Positions 1 through 7,764 are shown, numbered from the stretch's first letter. The stretch: DNA of 20,000 nt from an uncultured virus (IMG/VR IMGVR_UViG_3300013307_000019) (IMGVR_UViG_3300013307_000019); one strand, 5' to 3'. Notes: generated by a model from the letters alone, not told the origin. Program-made: numbers and translations.

Positions 1-1
1 C

Positions 2-199
2 CGCGCATACGTTGAGATTCAGGAGGACCGCGCGCGGGCATTCAAGGATATCGCTGACATGCTGTCAGATGAGGACATTCTGGCCGCAGTTCTTCGAGCC
101 GCCGACATGCGAGAGGAGCGCGAGCAGGACAAGCGTGCTCACCTGGACTCTCTGCCCGAGCCTCAGAAGATTTTTCAGGACGACACCGAGGAGGCATGA
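2..199 (+). CDS. hypothetical protein, 3' part (5' truncated by window)
   Basis: Open frame from base 2 (RAYVEIQEDRARAFKDIADML...QDDTEEA) to TGA 197-199; phage-like codon usage; not in ORF track. Confidence 0.75.
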   Translation, partial: RAYVEIQEDRARAFKDIADMLSDEDILAAVLRAADMREEREQDKRAHLDSLPEPQKIFQDDTEEA

Positions 200-200
200 G

Positions 201-275
201 TTGAGCTTCCTCTCTATCTGCATCCTCATCATCCTCATCGGCACACTCTTAGGGAAGAAGAAAAAGAAGAAATGA
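201..275 (+). CDS. 24-aa membrane micropeptide with poly-Lys tail
   Basis: GAGGAGG at 188-194, TTG at 201; MSFLSICILIILIGTLLGKKKKKK; stop overlaps next ATG (ATGA 272-275). Confidence 0.6.
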   Translation: MSFLSICILIILIGTLLGKKKKKK

Positions 276-487
276 GCAAGTACAGCCCCGTCATCAGACG
301 TGAGAAGGACCAGACCACCGGCACGTGGTTCGACGCTTACAAGAGCACGCGCAACTACAAGCCCATTGACCTCGCGCATCCCTACAGCGCGGCCAAGATT
401 ACCCTCTGGGAAGAGGAGAAGACTGGCGTTGTCGTTCAGGATGTGGAGAAGTTCGAAACGTTCTTGAAGAGTGTGTCCCATGAATGA
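272..487 (+). CDS. hypothetical protein
   Basis: 71-aa ORF, overlap-coupled to neighbours. Confidence 0.75.
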   Translation: MSKYSPVIRREKDQTTGTWFDAYKSTRNYKPIDLAHPYSAAKITLWEEEKTGVVVQDVEKFETFLKSVSHE

Positions 488-695
488 GGCACTGGGCGCA
501 GTGGGACTCATCCTCGCGTACGGGGTTCTTTTCGGCTACGTCATCCGGACTATCCACGTTCGTTCAATTCTTCGCACACAGCAACTTGAGGCCGCAGACA
601 GGGCGGCAAGACTCGCACGAGAGGAGTTCGGGCGCAGGGACCGAGAAGCACACCGCCCCATGGCACTCTTCGGACCCGACGAGTGGGGAGACTGA
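480..695 (+). CDS. small membrane protein
   Basis: ATG 480; N-terminal hydrophobic helix ALGAVGLILAYGVLFGYVI then charged tail. Confidence 0.75.
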   Translation: MNEALGAVGLILAYGVLFGYVIRTIHVRSILRTQQLEAADRAARLAREEFGRRDREAHRPMALFGPDEWGD

Positions 696-770
696 AAAAG
701 TTTTTGGAAAGTGCTTGACACCTAGTGCACGTGTGCTGTAACGTTGGTCCTACCAACCAACTAGGAGGAC
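695..770 (+). promoter_or_regulatory. class A promoter cassette 1
   Basis: AAAAAGTTTTT, TTGACA 715-720, 18 bp, TAACGT 739-744, TACCAACCAA 751-760, AGGAGG. Confidence 0.85.
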
Positions 771-773
771 ATC

Positions 774-1160
774 ATGGACATCAAGAACATCGACCGTATG
801 TGGGATGAGCTTGACGAGTGGGCGGACAAGCGACTTCAGGAGTGGGCAGAGTTCATCGCTACGTGGGCGAACGACATCGACCCCGAGCAGGTGTACTTCT
901 CAAGTTTCGCGCTTGAGGAGCTTGTTCAGAAGCAGTCGAACGCCACTCTCGCCCGCACGGTGCGCATCGTCCTTGACGGTCTGAAGCCCGAGCACGACGA
1001 CCGTCTTGAGCGCATCGAGTCCATCGTGAAAGAGGCCGAGAACAAGATTCGTCACGCCAACCTCATGTCCAGCACGAGCATGCAGGCGAACGCCATGAGT
1101 CTCGCAGAGTTCCGCACCGCGAGCGGCATCCTTGATTTCATGTCCTGGCGCAACTACTAA
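774..1160 (+). CDS. hypothetical protein (acidic, helical)
   Basis: 128 aa, strong RBS directly after promoter cassette. Confidence 0.9.
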   Translation: MDIKNIDRMWDELDEWADKRLQEWAEFIATWANDIDPEQVYFSSFALEELVQKQSNATLARTVRIVLDGLKPEHDDRLERIESIVKEAENKIRHANLMSSTSMQANAMSLAEFRTASGILDFMSWRNY

Positions 1161-1161
1161 C

Positions 1162-1332
1162 ATGTTCTTCTCGGAGAGGTTCTGGGAGTTCGTGAGCCGG
1201 ATGCACGTTCGTCGCTGTGGCAAGCACGGGCATGTAATCTACATCGTGGGACACGTGGAGTACTGCACTCATTGCGACCTCCACAAAGAGCAGTGGGAAC
1301 CTGGAATGATGGAAGCGGGGATGCACGCATGA
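1162..1332 (+). CDS. small Cys/His-containing hypothetical protein
   Basis: ATG 1 nt after previous stop; CGKHGH...CTHC. Confidence 0.7.
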   Translation: MFFSERFWEFVSRMHVRRCGKHGHVIYIVGHVEYCTHCDLHKEQWEPGMMEAGMHA

Positions 1333-1398
1333 GACACAACAAGACTCACTACAAGTGCAACCACCCGCCGTGCGTTCGAGCACGCGAAGAAGCAAAGC

Positions 1399-1472
1399 AA
1401 AAAACTTTGGCCGCAGGACTTGACAGCGCTGAGGTTTGGTCGGTACCATGGGGAGTACCAACCAAGGAGGAC
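1399..1472 (+). promoter_or_regulatory. class A promoter cassette 2
   Basis: AAAAAACTTT, TTGACA 1420-1425, 18 bp, TACCAT 1444-1449, TACCAACCAA 1456-1465, GGAGG. Confidence 0.85.
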
Positions 1473-1475
1473 AAA

Positions 1476-1709
1476 ATGCTTACAATCCCCGCCATCAGCG
1501 TTCCGTTCAGCAACTACCTGACATACGGTGTGAAGTCTGACGGCACCCTGGCGTTCGTGTACGCACACGACACCGAGCGCGGCGCACAGATGAAGACTTC
1601 GCGTATCGGCAACGGCAACGACAAGCACTGGAAGCCGCAAGACCTCAAGAGTTGGGGTTTTGTCGAGGTTCAGGCCAAGTACCACACTGAAGGTGTCAAG
1701 GTCTGGTAA
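1476..1709 (+). CDS. hypothetical protein
   Basis: AAGGAGG + ATG 1476 (MLTIPAISV...); an in-frame upstream ATG at 1329 also exists. Confidence 0.85.
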   Translation: MLTIPAISVPFSNYLTYGVKSDGTLAFVYAHDTERGAQMKTSRIGNGNDKHWKPQDLKSWGFVEVQAKYHTEGVKVW

Positions 1710-1768
1710 TGGCCACGGACGCGGAGATTCTTGAAGACTTCCACTACGAGGAGTGTGACAAGAAATGA
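1709..1768 (+). CDS. 19-aa acidic micropeptide
   Basis: MATDAEILEDFHYEECDKK; TAATG overlap upstream and ATGA overlap downstream. Confidence 0.5.
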   Translation: MATDAEILEDFHYEECDKK

Positions 1769-1914
1769 GATTCGACCTCATCACAGCCCTGGTAGTTCCG
1801 ATTCTCTTGCTGTGGGGAGTTCCCTACAGCATCAAGAATTTCCTGGACGGGGCGAGGACCCTCCACGAAGCATCACTGATACGCAGAAACCGACTGGCGA
1901 GGAGAGAACGATGA
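1765..1914 (+). CDS. 49-aa membrane protein
   Basis: GAGGAG RBS; MRFDLITALVVPILLLWGVPYS...RRNRLARRER; ATGA overlaps on both sides. Confidence 0.7.
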   Translation: MRFDLITALVVPILLLWGVPYSIKNFLDGARTLHEASLIRRNRLARRER

Positions 1915-2168
1915 GCGCACTGGACACCGCGACATACGAGCTTGCACAGGCCAAGCGGGAGATTTTCGAGAACATCGAGAAGCAGGCCGCAGACATCCAG
2001 TATCGCCTCAGGATGGGGATTTACGCGACCGAGCGTGACTACGATGCAGACGAGTGCTGGGCGCGCTTGAAGGCCGCACAGGATGCCGAGCCGTGGGACA
2101 TGGTTGGGACATTCGGGTACCTCGCAGAGCTTCAGCGGCGGGGACAGGTACGCGACCGCGACTTGTAA
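1911..2168 (+). CDS. hypothetical protein
   Basis: GAGGAG RBS, ATG 1911 (MSALDTATYE...). Confidence 0.85.
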   Translation: MSALDTATYELAQAKREIFENIEKQAADIQYRLRMGIYATERDYDADECWARLKAAQDAEPWDMVGTFGYLAELQRRGQVRDRDL

Positions 2169-2239
2169 AAAAGTTTTGAGGTTTTGCTTGACACGTAGTG
2201 CAGGGACGCAGTAACCTGTAACTACCAACCAAGGAGGAC
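2167..2239 (+). promoter_or_regulatory. class A promoter cassette 3
   Basis: AAAAAAGTTTT, TTGACA 2188-2193, 18 bp, TAACCT 2212-2217, TACCAACCAA 2223-2232, GGAGG. Confidence 0.85.
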
Positions 2240-2242
2240 CCA

Positions 2243-2395
2243 ATGGCAACTCTCATCGGCACAGACTACGCATCGATGCTGAACTACCGGATGAAGGTTC
2301 GGCTCTTCAGCGGTACACGAGAGGAGTGTGAGGAGCGTAAAGAGTTCTACGAGAAGCACAAGGAATACGGAGTCGGCAACCTCAAGATTTACTGA
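2243..2395 (+). CDS. 50-aa hypothetical protein
   Basis: MATLIGTDYASMLNYRMKVRLFSGTREECEERKEFYEKHKEYGVGNLKIY; strong RBS; followed by hairpin; absent from ORF track. Confidence 0.85.
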   Translation: MATLIGTDYASMLNYRMKVRLFSGTREECEERKEFYEKHKEYGVGNLKIY

Positions 2396-2416
2396 CACAC
2401 AGCACAAAACCAGAAC

Positions 2417-2463
2417 CGCCATCGGGTGAGACTTTCAAATGAGTCCCCGGTGGCGTTTCGTTT
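2417..2463 (+). terminator. intrinsic terminator
   Basis: CGCCATCGGG/CCCGGTGGCG stem with inner GACT/AGTC, then TTTCGTTT. Confidence 0.7.
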
Positions 2464-2538
2464 GTCCGAAGGAGCAGTTCTGATTATCAAGAAAATGAAC
2501 GAGGCCATAGCTCACAGAAATGTGTCAACCTAGTTCAC

Positions 2539-2772
2539 ATGACAGACTCCACACAAGACAAATTGTCAGTCTCACTAGCCCTACAAGCCCTCTCAGAGGC
2601 CGCAGATGAGGTTAGACGGCTGGAAGCACTACTAGCACAAGCCCGAGCCGTTAGAAACGGTATTCTCATGGACGCGGCAAGACACGTGTCTATCACGAGG
2701 CTAGCGCGCATCACCGGACTCTCACGCGAGCAGGCGAGCAAGATTGCAAGTACGCACTTGAGGGGCGTATAG
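2539..2772 (+). CDS. helix-turn-helix DNA-binding protein
   Basis: N-terminal coiled coil then SITRLARITGLSREQASKI, a typical small actinophage HTH layout. Confidence 0.75.
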   Translation: MTDSTQDKLSVSLALQALSEAADEVRRLEALLAQARAVRNGILMDAARHVSITRLARITGLSREQASKIASTHLRGV

Positions 2773-2781
2773 ATTAGTATG
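2744..2781 (+). promoter_or_regulatory. class B leaderless promoter
   Basis: TTGCAA 2744-2749, 18 bp ending GGCG, TATAGA 2768-2773, 5 nt, ATG 2779. Confidence 0.6.
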
Positions 2782-3711
2782 CTCTCTCAAGTTACCGTCA
2801 AGAACTTCCAATCCCTAAGCAATGTCGCACTTGAGCTAAAACCATTCACGGTCATTGTCGGCCCCAGCAGTTCAGGCAAGAGCGCGTTTACCCGAGCGCT
2901 CAAGACACTGACCAGCAACGCCCGTGGAGATTCTTTCATCAGCCACGGGGAGAACCAGTGTCTCATCAGCGCAAGCACCGAAGCTGGCACCGTGGCACTC
3001 ATGCGAGGCAAGAAGAATGAGTATGCCATCATCCCCGAGCACGGCGACCAGAAGAGTTTCACGAAGCTCTCAGGGGGAACACCACAAGAAGTCTCAGAGT
3101 TCATCGGCATCCCAGCCAAGGACCCACTGAACTACTCCAATCAGTTCGACATGCCATACCTCTTGACGAGCAGTGCCGCAGAGGTAGCCCGTGAGTTGGG
3201 CGCACTCACGAATGTCAGCGTAATCTACGAGGCCGCACGCGAAGCAAGCCGCAGACGCTTGCAGGCATCGAGCACACTCAAGACACGAGCCGCAGACTAC
3301 GCGGACCTCACCAAGAATCTTGATAGATACCGCACGCTCAAGGACGACCAGCAGACTCTCGCTGACATCCAGCAACGGCAGGCTGTGGCGCAGGAGACTC
3401 AAACAAGAATTGATAGGCTGGCACAGGCCATAGCGGCAGTCGAGGCCATCCCCGAGGTTACCGAGCCGCGCGCCATCCCGGACTGCACTCAAGCAGTCGA
3501 GGCGCATCAGCGTCTAGCCCGCCTGGCATCACTCATCGCTCAAGTAGAGTACGCAGAGCTAGAAGCCGAGGGCGCAGGCGAGGACATTACCCAGTACAGC
3601 CTCAAAGCATGGCAGGCGCAGGAAGAGTACCTAGAAGCACTACGCGAAGCAGGCACATGCCCGACATGTGGGCAGGACACACACCAACTGGAACATGCAG
3701 ACACTCACTAA
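2779..3711 (+). CDS. Rad50/SbcC (SMC-like) ATPase, N-terminal half
   Basis: VKNFQS start, Walker A GPSSSGKS, Q-loop-like NYSNQFD, coiled coil, terminal CPTCGQ Zn hook; no signature or Walker B motif. Confidence 0.85.
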   Translation: MLSQVTVKNFQSLSNVALELKPFTVIVGPSSSGKSAFTRALKTLTSNARGDSFISHGENQCLISASTEAGTVALMRGKKNEYAIIPEHGDQKSFTKLSGGTPQEVSEFIGIPAKDPLNYSNQFDMPYLLTSSAAEVARELGALTNVSVIYEAAREASRRRLQASSTLKTRAADYADLTKNLDRYRTLKDDQQTLADIQQRQAVAQETQTRIDRLAQAIAAVEAIPEVTEPRAIPDCTQAVEAHQRLARLASLIAQVEYAELEAEGAGEDITQYSLKAWQAQEEYLEALREAGTCPTCGQDTHQLEHADTH

Positions 3712-4636
3712 GAAACTCTCACCGGCAGAGCTTACGCTCAAAGCAGTTCAGCACGCACAGAAGCTTGAGGAGCAGAAGCAACGCGCCGAGGAGTGGGCGC
3801 GCTACGAAGCAGAGAACCGCAGGCTCCGTGACGAGCGGCTGGGCATCAAGCCCGAGAAGCCAAAGAAGATTTACGAGCACGGCACCCGCAGTCGCTACGA
3901 CCAAGGATGTCGCTGTGACCCGTGCCGCGAGAAAATCAATGCCACGGCCCGTGCGACCAGGGCCAAGAAGCGTGCGCAGATGCAGGCGGGCGAGCTTCCC
4001 AACTACTGTGGCACAGCCACGGGGTATCAATACGGTTGTCGCTGTGACAACTGCAAAGCCGCAAAGAGAGCGTACGTAGGAGAACGGTCACCACGACCCG
4101 TTGCACAGCACGGCACAGCAACCATGTATCGCAAAGGTTGCAGGTGCGAGCCGTGCAGGCACTCAAGAAGAAATGTCAAGCATGGCAAGCCTCAGACATA
4201 CCGTGAGGGTTGCAGATGCTTGCACTGCACCAAAGCATGGGCGAGCTACCAACTACCGTTGAACCGGGAGCGTCGAGGCACGAAGGTTGAAAGAGTCGAG
4301 GCTGAGCCGTACATATATCACATGGCTTCCAAATATGGAGATTTGACAGGACCGCAGTACTACCGGTTGCACCCCGAGGAGATTCCCGCACACGTGCACG
4401 GGACCTCAGGTGGATACAGCAACTACAACTGTCGCTGTGATGCTTGCACAGAGGCGCACAGCGCTGGCCTGGCACGCAGTAAGGAACGCAGGCTGACGAG
4501 GCCTATCCCCCATCACGTTCATGGGACGAGCAACGGCTACGGCAACTATGGGTGTCGCTGTAAGCCATGCACGAAGGCATGGAGTGCAGAATCAGTCGAG
4601 CGCGCTAGGCGCAGGCGGGCGAGGAGCAACGCATGA
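3695..4636 (+). CDS. basic protein with six HGT-x-Y-x-CRCxxC Zn-binding repeats
   Basis: HGTRSRYDQGCRCDPC, CGTATGYQYGCRCDNC, HGTATMYRKGCRCEPC, HGKPQTYREGCRCLHC, HGTSGGYSNYNCRCDAC, HGTSNGYGNYGCRCKPC. Confidence 0.85.
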   Translation: MQTLTKKLSPAELTLKAVQHAQKLEEQKQRAEEWARYEAENRRLRDERLGIKPEKPKKIYEHGTRSRYDQGCRCDPCREKINATARATRAKKRAQMQAGELPNYCGTATGYQYGCRCDNCKAAKRAYVGERSPRPVAQHGTATMYRKGCRCEPCRHSRRNVKHGKPQTYREGCRCLHCTKAWASYQLPLNRERRGTKVERVEAEPYIYHMASKYGDLTGPQYYRLHPEEIPAHVHGTSGGYSNYNCRCDACTEAHSAGLARSKERRLTRPIPHHVHGTSNGYGNYGCRCKPCTKAWSAESVERARRRRARSNA

Positions 4637-4977
4637 GTTACACACCAAGAGTGCTGAGAGCATTTTCTGTGAATCACAGAGCACTCAGACGCGGCACACC
4701 GTTCAACAATATTCTTCAGTACCTTGACGAGCTTAAGCATCAGCTTGACCGCATTGAAGCACGACAGGTTCATGTGCCAGCCGCGCCTCAGCCGTACACC
4801 GTGCCATATCCTCAGCCACAACCATGGTGGGCACCCAACCAGGGACCGTTTTGGGTAATCAGTAGCAGTGAGGGCACACAGACATCCAACGCAACAAACA
4901 AGTGTCAGTGTTTGTGTCACGTAGAGCCTGGCGTATCTCACGTCAATCCTTGCTGTAACTTCCCACCGGCCAAATGA
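4633..4977 (+). CDS. hypothetical protein (Pro-rich, CxCxCH)
   Basis: GAGGAG RBS, ATGA overlap; C-terminal CQCLCH...CC. Confidence 0.75.
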   Translation: MSYTPRVLRAFSVNHRALRRGTPFNNILQYLDELKHQLDRIEARQVHVPAAPQPYTVPYPQPQPWWAPNQGPFWVISSSEGTQTSNATNKCQCLCHVEPGVSHVNPCCNFPPAK

Positions 4978-5123
4978 CACCTGAACAGGCACTCAAAGAG
5001 TGCAGGGCGAAGATACGCGAGATATCCGAGCAGTACACAGGTTCACGTGAAGACAGACTGAGACTCAACTCACTCAGGGTTATCGAGCGCAGGCTTGCAC
5101 AAGAGATAGAACGAGGCGTATAG
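4974..5123 (+). CDS. 49-aa hypothetical protein
   Basis: MTPEQALKECRAKIREISEQ...EIERGV; ATGA overlap; fills gap exactly. Confidence 0.65.
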   Translation: MTPEQALKECRAKIREISEQYTGSREDRLRLNSLRVIERRLAQEIERGV

Positions 5124-5133
5124 ATATCTTATG
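5095..5133 (+). promoter_or_regulatory. class B leaderless promoter
   Basis: TTGCAC 5095-5100, 18 bp ending GGCG, TATAGA 5119-5124, 6 nt, ATG 5131; no SD. Confidence 0.6.
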
Positions 5134-6336
5134 CTTGAAGTTCTTGCGACTATCGTCATGGGTGGATTGGGTGGAGCATCCATCGGTCTCGTTGTGGTTT
5201 CAACCGTGAGTTTGTTCCGCACTCGCGCAGACATGAAGAACACAACCAAGAAATACGCTGAGCTTACGCTGTCACAAGAAAATGGGCGCCTGTCTCTTTC
5301 GGCTGAGATTAGAGCCGAGATTGAAGAAACACCTGAATGGTGGCAAGCGAAGTACGACGCATTGCTCATGGATGTAGACCCAGAGGCTTACGCGAAAGAG
5401 CACGCACCGGACCCGAACCGCAAGAGTTGGAACAAGTACAGCACCGCGTATCTTCTGGGCGCGTGCGACGATATGCATGAGTGGATGAGTACCAACACTC
5501 AAGCGCTGGCCACCAATGACAGTGTGACGTGCTCAAGGTGTCGTGAAGTCTTCTACGTGACAGCCATCAAGCAAAAGCGGGGACCACTCCAGCGCAGTTG
5601 GAACAAGTATTCAGACATGTACATTGTCAGTGCGTGCGACCGTGTGCACGAGTGGATTCAACAAACTGAGTCTAGGATGCTGGCAGGCGACCAACTGACA
5701 TGTGACTGTGGCGAATGTGCAGGAGTTCACATGGTGCAGGGAGTCGATACAAGATTCGGCTCCAAGAGTGTCAAGTATCAAAAGCGTGACCTCGCGGCAT
5801 TGCGCACTCAAGACCTTAAGGATGAGGCTGAGAAACTCAGGGCCAGGGCAGAGCAGAAGTCTTGGGAGAGCATTGAATCCCTGAACAAGAAAATGAACCT
5901 GCCCTCTTACGAGAGTCTGAACGCAACACTTGAGCAGTTGTCTAAGCCAGTAGTTGTTAGCGAGCCAGAGCCATTGAACTGTGAGCGCGCCATTACAGAG
6001 GCAAAAGAGTTCTACAAGCGTAGGATTGGACGCTCACCCGGCTACCCGCTGTACGTATCAACAAAGCACGGCGATATGATTATCAAGTTCCGTGACGCAG
6101 AAGTGCTCATGGATGTCAACGGCGATAAAACACTTTCAACCAAAACGGATATCTGGTTCGAGTCTCACACCGAGGCATGGGACCATATGAAGATTGGTGA
6201 GCCGTACGCAAAGTCAAGTTGGCCCTACTCGCATGGAACCATGAAGAGTTACAAACAGGGATGCGCTTGCATGGAGTGCACTCACGCTTACGAGTGGGGC
6301 AAGAAAACCAGTAACTACAGCTACCGCGCATTCTGA
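5131..6336 (+). CDS. membrane-anchored protein with duplicated Cys/His domain and C-terminal HGT..CxCxxC motif
   Basis: N-terminal TM; two SWNKYS..ACD..HEW..TC repeats; HGTMKSYKQGCACMEC. Confidence 0.85.
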   Translation: MLEVLATIVMGGLGGASIGLVVVSTVSLFRTRADMKNTTKKYAELTLSQENGRLSLSAEIRAEIEETPEWWQAKYDALLMDVDPEAYAKEHAPDPNRKSWNKYSTAYLLGACDDMHEWMSTNTQALATNDSVTCSRCREVFYVTAIKQKRGPLQRSWNKYSDMYIVSACDRVHEWIQQTESRMLAGDQLTCDCGECAGVHMVQGVDTRFGSKSVKYQKRDLAALRTQDLKDEAEKLRARAEQKSWESIESLNKKMNLPSYESLNATLEQLSKPVVVSEPEPLNCERAITEAKEFYKRRIGRSPGYPLYVSTKHGDMIIKFRDAEVLMDVNGDKTLSTKTDIWFESHTEAWDHMKIGEPYAKSSWPYSHGTMKSYKQGCACMECTHAYEWGKKTSNYSYRAF

Positions 6337-6350
6337 GAGGAAACAAGATA

Positions 6351-6566
6351 ATGAGCACAAGCCCTGAGAAGCCCACACAGCACACAGAACAGTGGGAGAG
6401 TATCTTTGGTCATCCGGTCCCACACAAGCCCGCAGAGAAGCGCACAGCCTCTCCCACACCAAGAGAAGTGTTCACGTGGTTTGTGATTCTCCCCGTGGGA
6501 GTGTTCATCACCGGATACATCCTTGTCAACATCGCAGTTCATACAATCATCCCTGGACTGAAGTAA
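6351..6566 (+). CDS. small membrane protein
   Basis: GAGG RBS; C-terminal TM VFTWFVILPVGVFITGYILV. Confidence 0.75.
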   Translation: MSTSPEKPTQHTEQWESIFGHPVPHKPAEKRTASPTPREVFTWFVILPVGVFITGYILVNIAVHTIIPGLK

Positions 6567-6658
6567 AAGCATGAGGACACATCCCGCTAAACACGATTTC
6601 GCACGAAAAAGCGCATCCTAGCGCTGAAAAGATTTTCAAAAACACCCGAGGAGACAAC

Positions 6659-7399
6659 ATGGGAACACTAATCGCACTAGGTGGACAACTACGCGCAGGC
6701 AAGGATGAAGTTGCCCAACACCTAGCAAACAAGCACGGCTATGTGGTTATGGGCATGAGTGACAACCTAAACCAAGCGCTATTGGCCCTGAATCCTTGGA
6801 TTAATACCGCCATGGCCTACCCTGAGGTACAGCGGTACCGGGAGTATCACGATGCAATTGGATATGTGGAAGCCAAGAAGAATCCTGAAGTGCGCAGGCT
6901 ATTGCAGGTGCTAGGCACTGAGGTTGGCAGAAACATGATTTCCCAGGATGTATGGGTGAACATGGCAGAGCGAACTATTCGTGAGCACTGGGCGCAGAAC
7001 AAGAAAGTTGTTATCACCGCTGTACGCTTCCCTAACGAGATAGAAATGGTGAGGCGACTAGGCGGTACCACTGTATGGATTGAACGCGCCAGTGAGGCGC
7101 GTACGGACGCACAGGGGGATATTCTTGCCCATGCCTCAGAAAACAGTGTCAGCGCTGACGATTTTGAGCACTTTCTAGATAACGATTCAACGCTAGACGA
7201 GCTATTCCTGAAGGTGGATGAAGCGCTACAGATTCTTGAGGTTCTGAAGAGCAAGCATCAGGGGTATTGGGCGAACCTCATTCAGGCCGACAGAATTCTT
7301 CCTGGCATCCTCCCATCAGAAGCTATCAACACGTACAACGGGGGAGTTACGAACTACGTCATTAACAACTGGAAGGATGTCGGCAGGACTGAGAAGTGA
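6659..7399 (+). CDS. deoxynucleoside monophosphate (dNMP) kinase
   Basis: P-loop GGQLRAGKD, RRLLQVLGTEVGR, VVITAVRFPNE, HASE: motifs of the T4 gp1/T5 dNMP kinase family. Confidence 0.9.
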   Translation: MGTLIALGGQLRAGKDEVAQHLANKHGYVVMGMSDNLNQALLALNPWINTAMAYPEVQRYREYHDAIGYVEAKKNPEVRRLLQVLGTEVGRNMISQDVWVNMAERTIREHWAQNKKVVITAVRFPNEIEMVRRLGGTTVWIERASEARTDAQGDILAHASENSVSADDFEHFLDNDSTLDELFLKVDEALQILEVLKSKHQGYWANLIQADRILPGILPSEAINTYNGGVTNYVINNWKDVGRTEK

Positions 7400-7457
7400 G
7401 GCGATAGTAATTGTTGTAGGGCGCACAGGGGTTGCGCTCGGATAGGACTAACAAGAA

Positions 7458-7658
7458 ATGGCTGACAATCCTGAGATTGTGGGGGTTTTCTCCCCTCCAA
7501 CAGAGTTCTGGACCCTAGAGAACCAGGGCATGGGGGACGATTGGTTCGAAGTAACCGGCTTCCGTGCCTACTCGCTGGCAGATGCAGAGGCAGAAGCTAT
7601 GAAGCAGGCGCGTGCGAACGCTTCAACCTACCGTGTTTTGCATCACACAGGGACCTAA
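7458..7658 (+). CDS. hypothetical protein
   Basis: AGGA RBS, 66 aa, ends at the repeat/hairpin element. Confidence 0.7.
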   Translation: MADNPEIVGVFSPPTEFWTLENQGMGDDWFEVTGFRAYSLADAEAEAMKQARANASTYRVLHHTGT

Positions 7659-7764
7659 GTTTCGAATATCTGTTCGAAAAAAGGCCTTCAAACAGTTTTC
7701 AGCCCTAGTGCAACTCAGTTTGAAGGCCTTTTTGGTGCCTCAGAGTTTCGAATATCTGTTCGAA
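7658..7764. repeat. two identical 21-bp direct repeats with LexA (SOS) box-like core
   Basis: AGTTTCGAATATCTGTTCGAA at 7658-7678 and 7744-7764; core TCGAAT-ATCT-GTTCGA has 1 mismatch to TCGAAC-N4-GTTCGA. Confidence 0.8.
7678..7733. terminator. bidirectional terminator-like hairpin
   Basis: Perfect 16-bp inverted repeat AAAAAGGCCTTCAAAC (7678-7693)/GTTTGAAGGCCTTTTT (7718-7733), 24-nt loop. Confidence 0.7.

Noticed and set aside
1770..1910. Apparent intergenic gap with stem potential (GCTGTGGGGA/TCCCTACAGC) as an ncRNA or ribozyme
   Set aside because: Fully explained by a coupled 49-aa membrane ORF with RBS; no convincing ribozyme core
2500..2528. Minus-strand TTGACA at 2528-2523 as a promoter
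   Set aside because: No -10-like hexamer at 16-19 bp
3695..4636. HNH homing endonuclease or intein interrupting the Rad50-like gene
   Set aside because: No HNH catalytic motif or intein termini, and no Rad50 C-terminal half resumes downstream in the window
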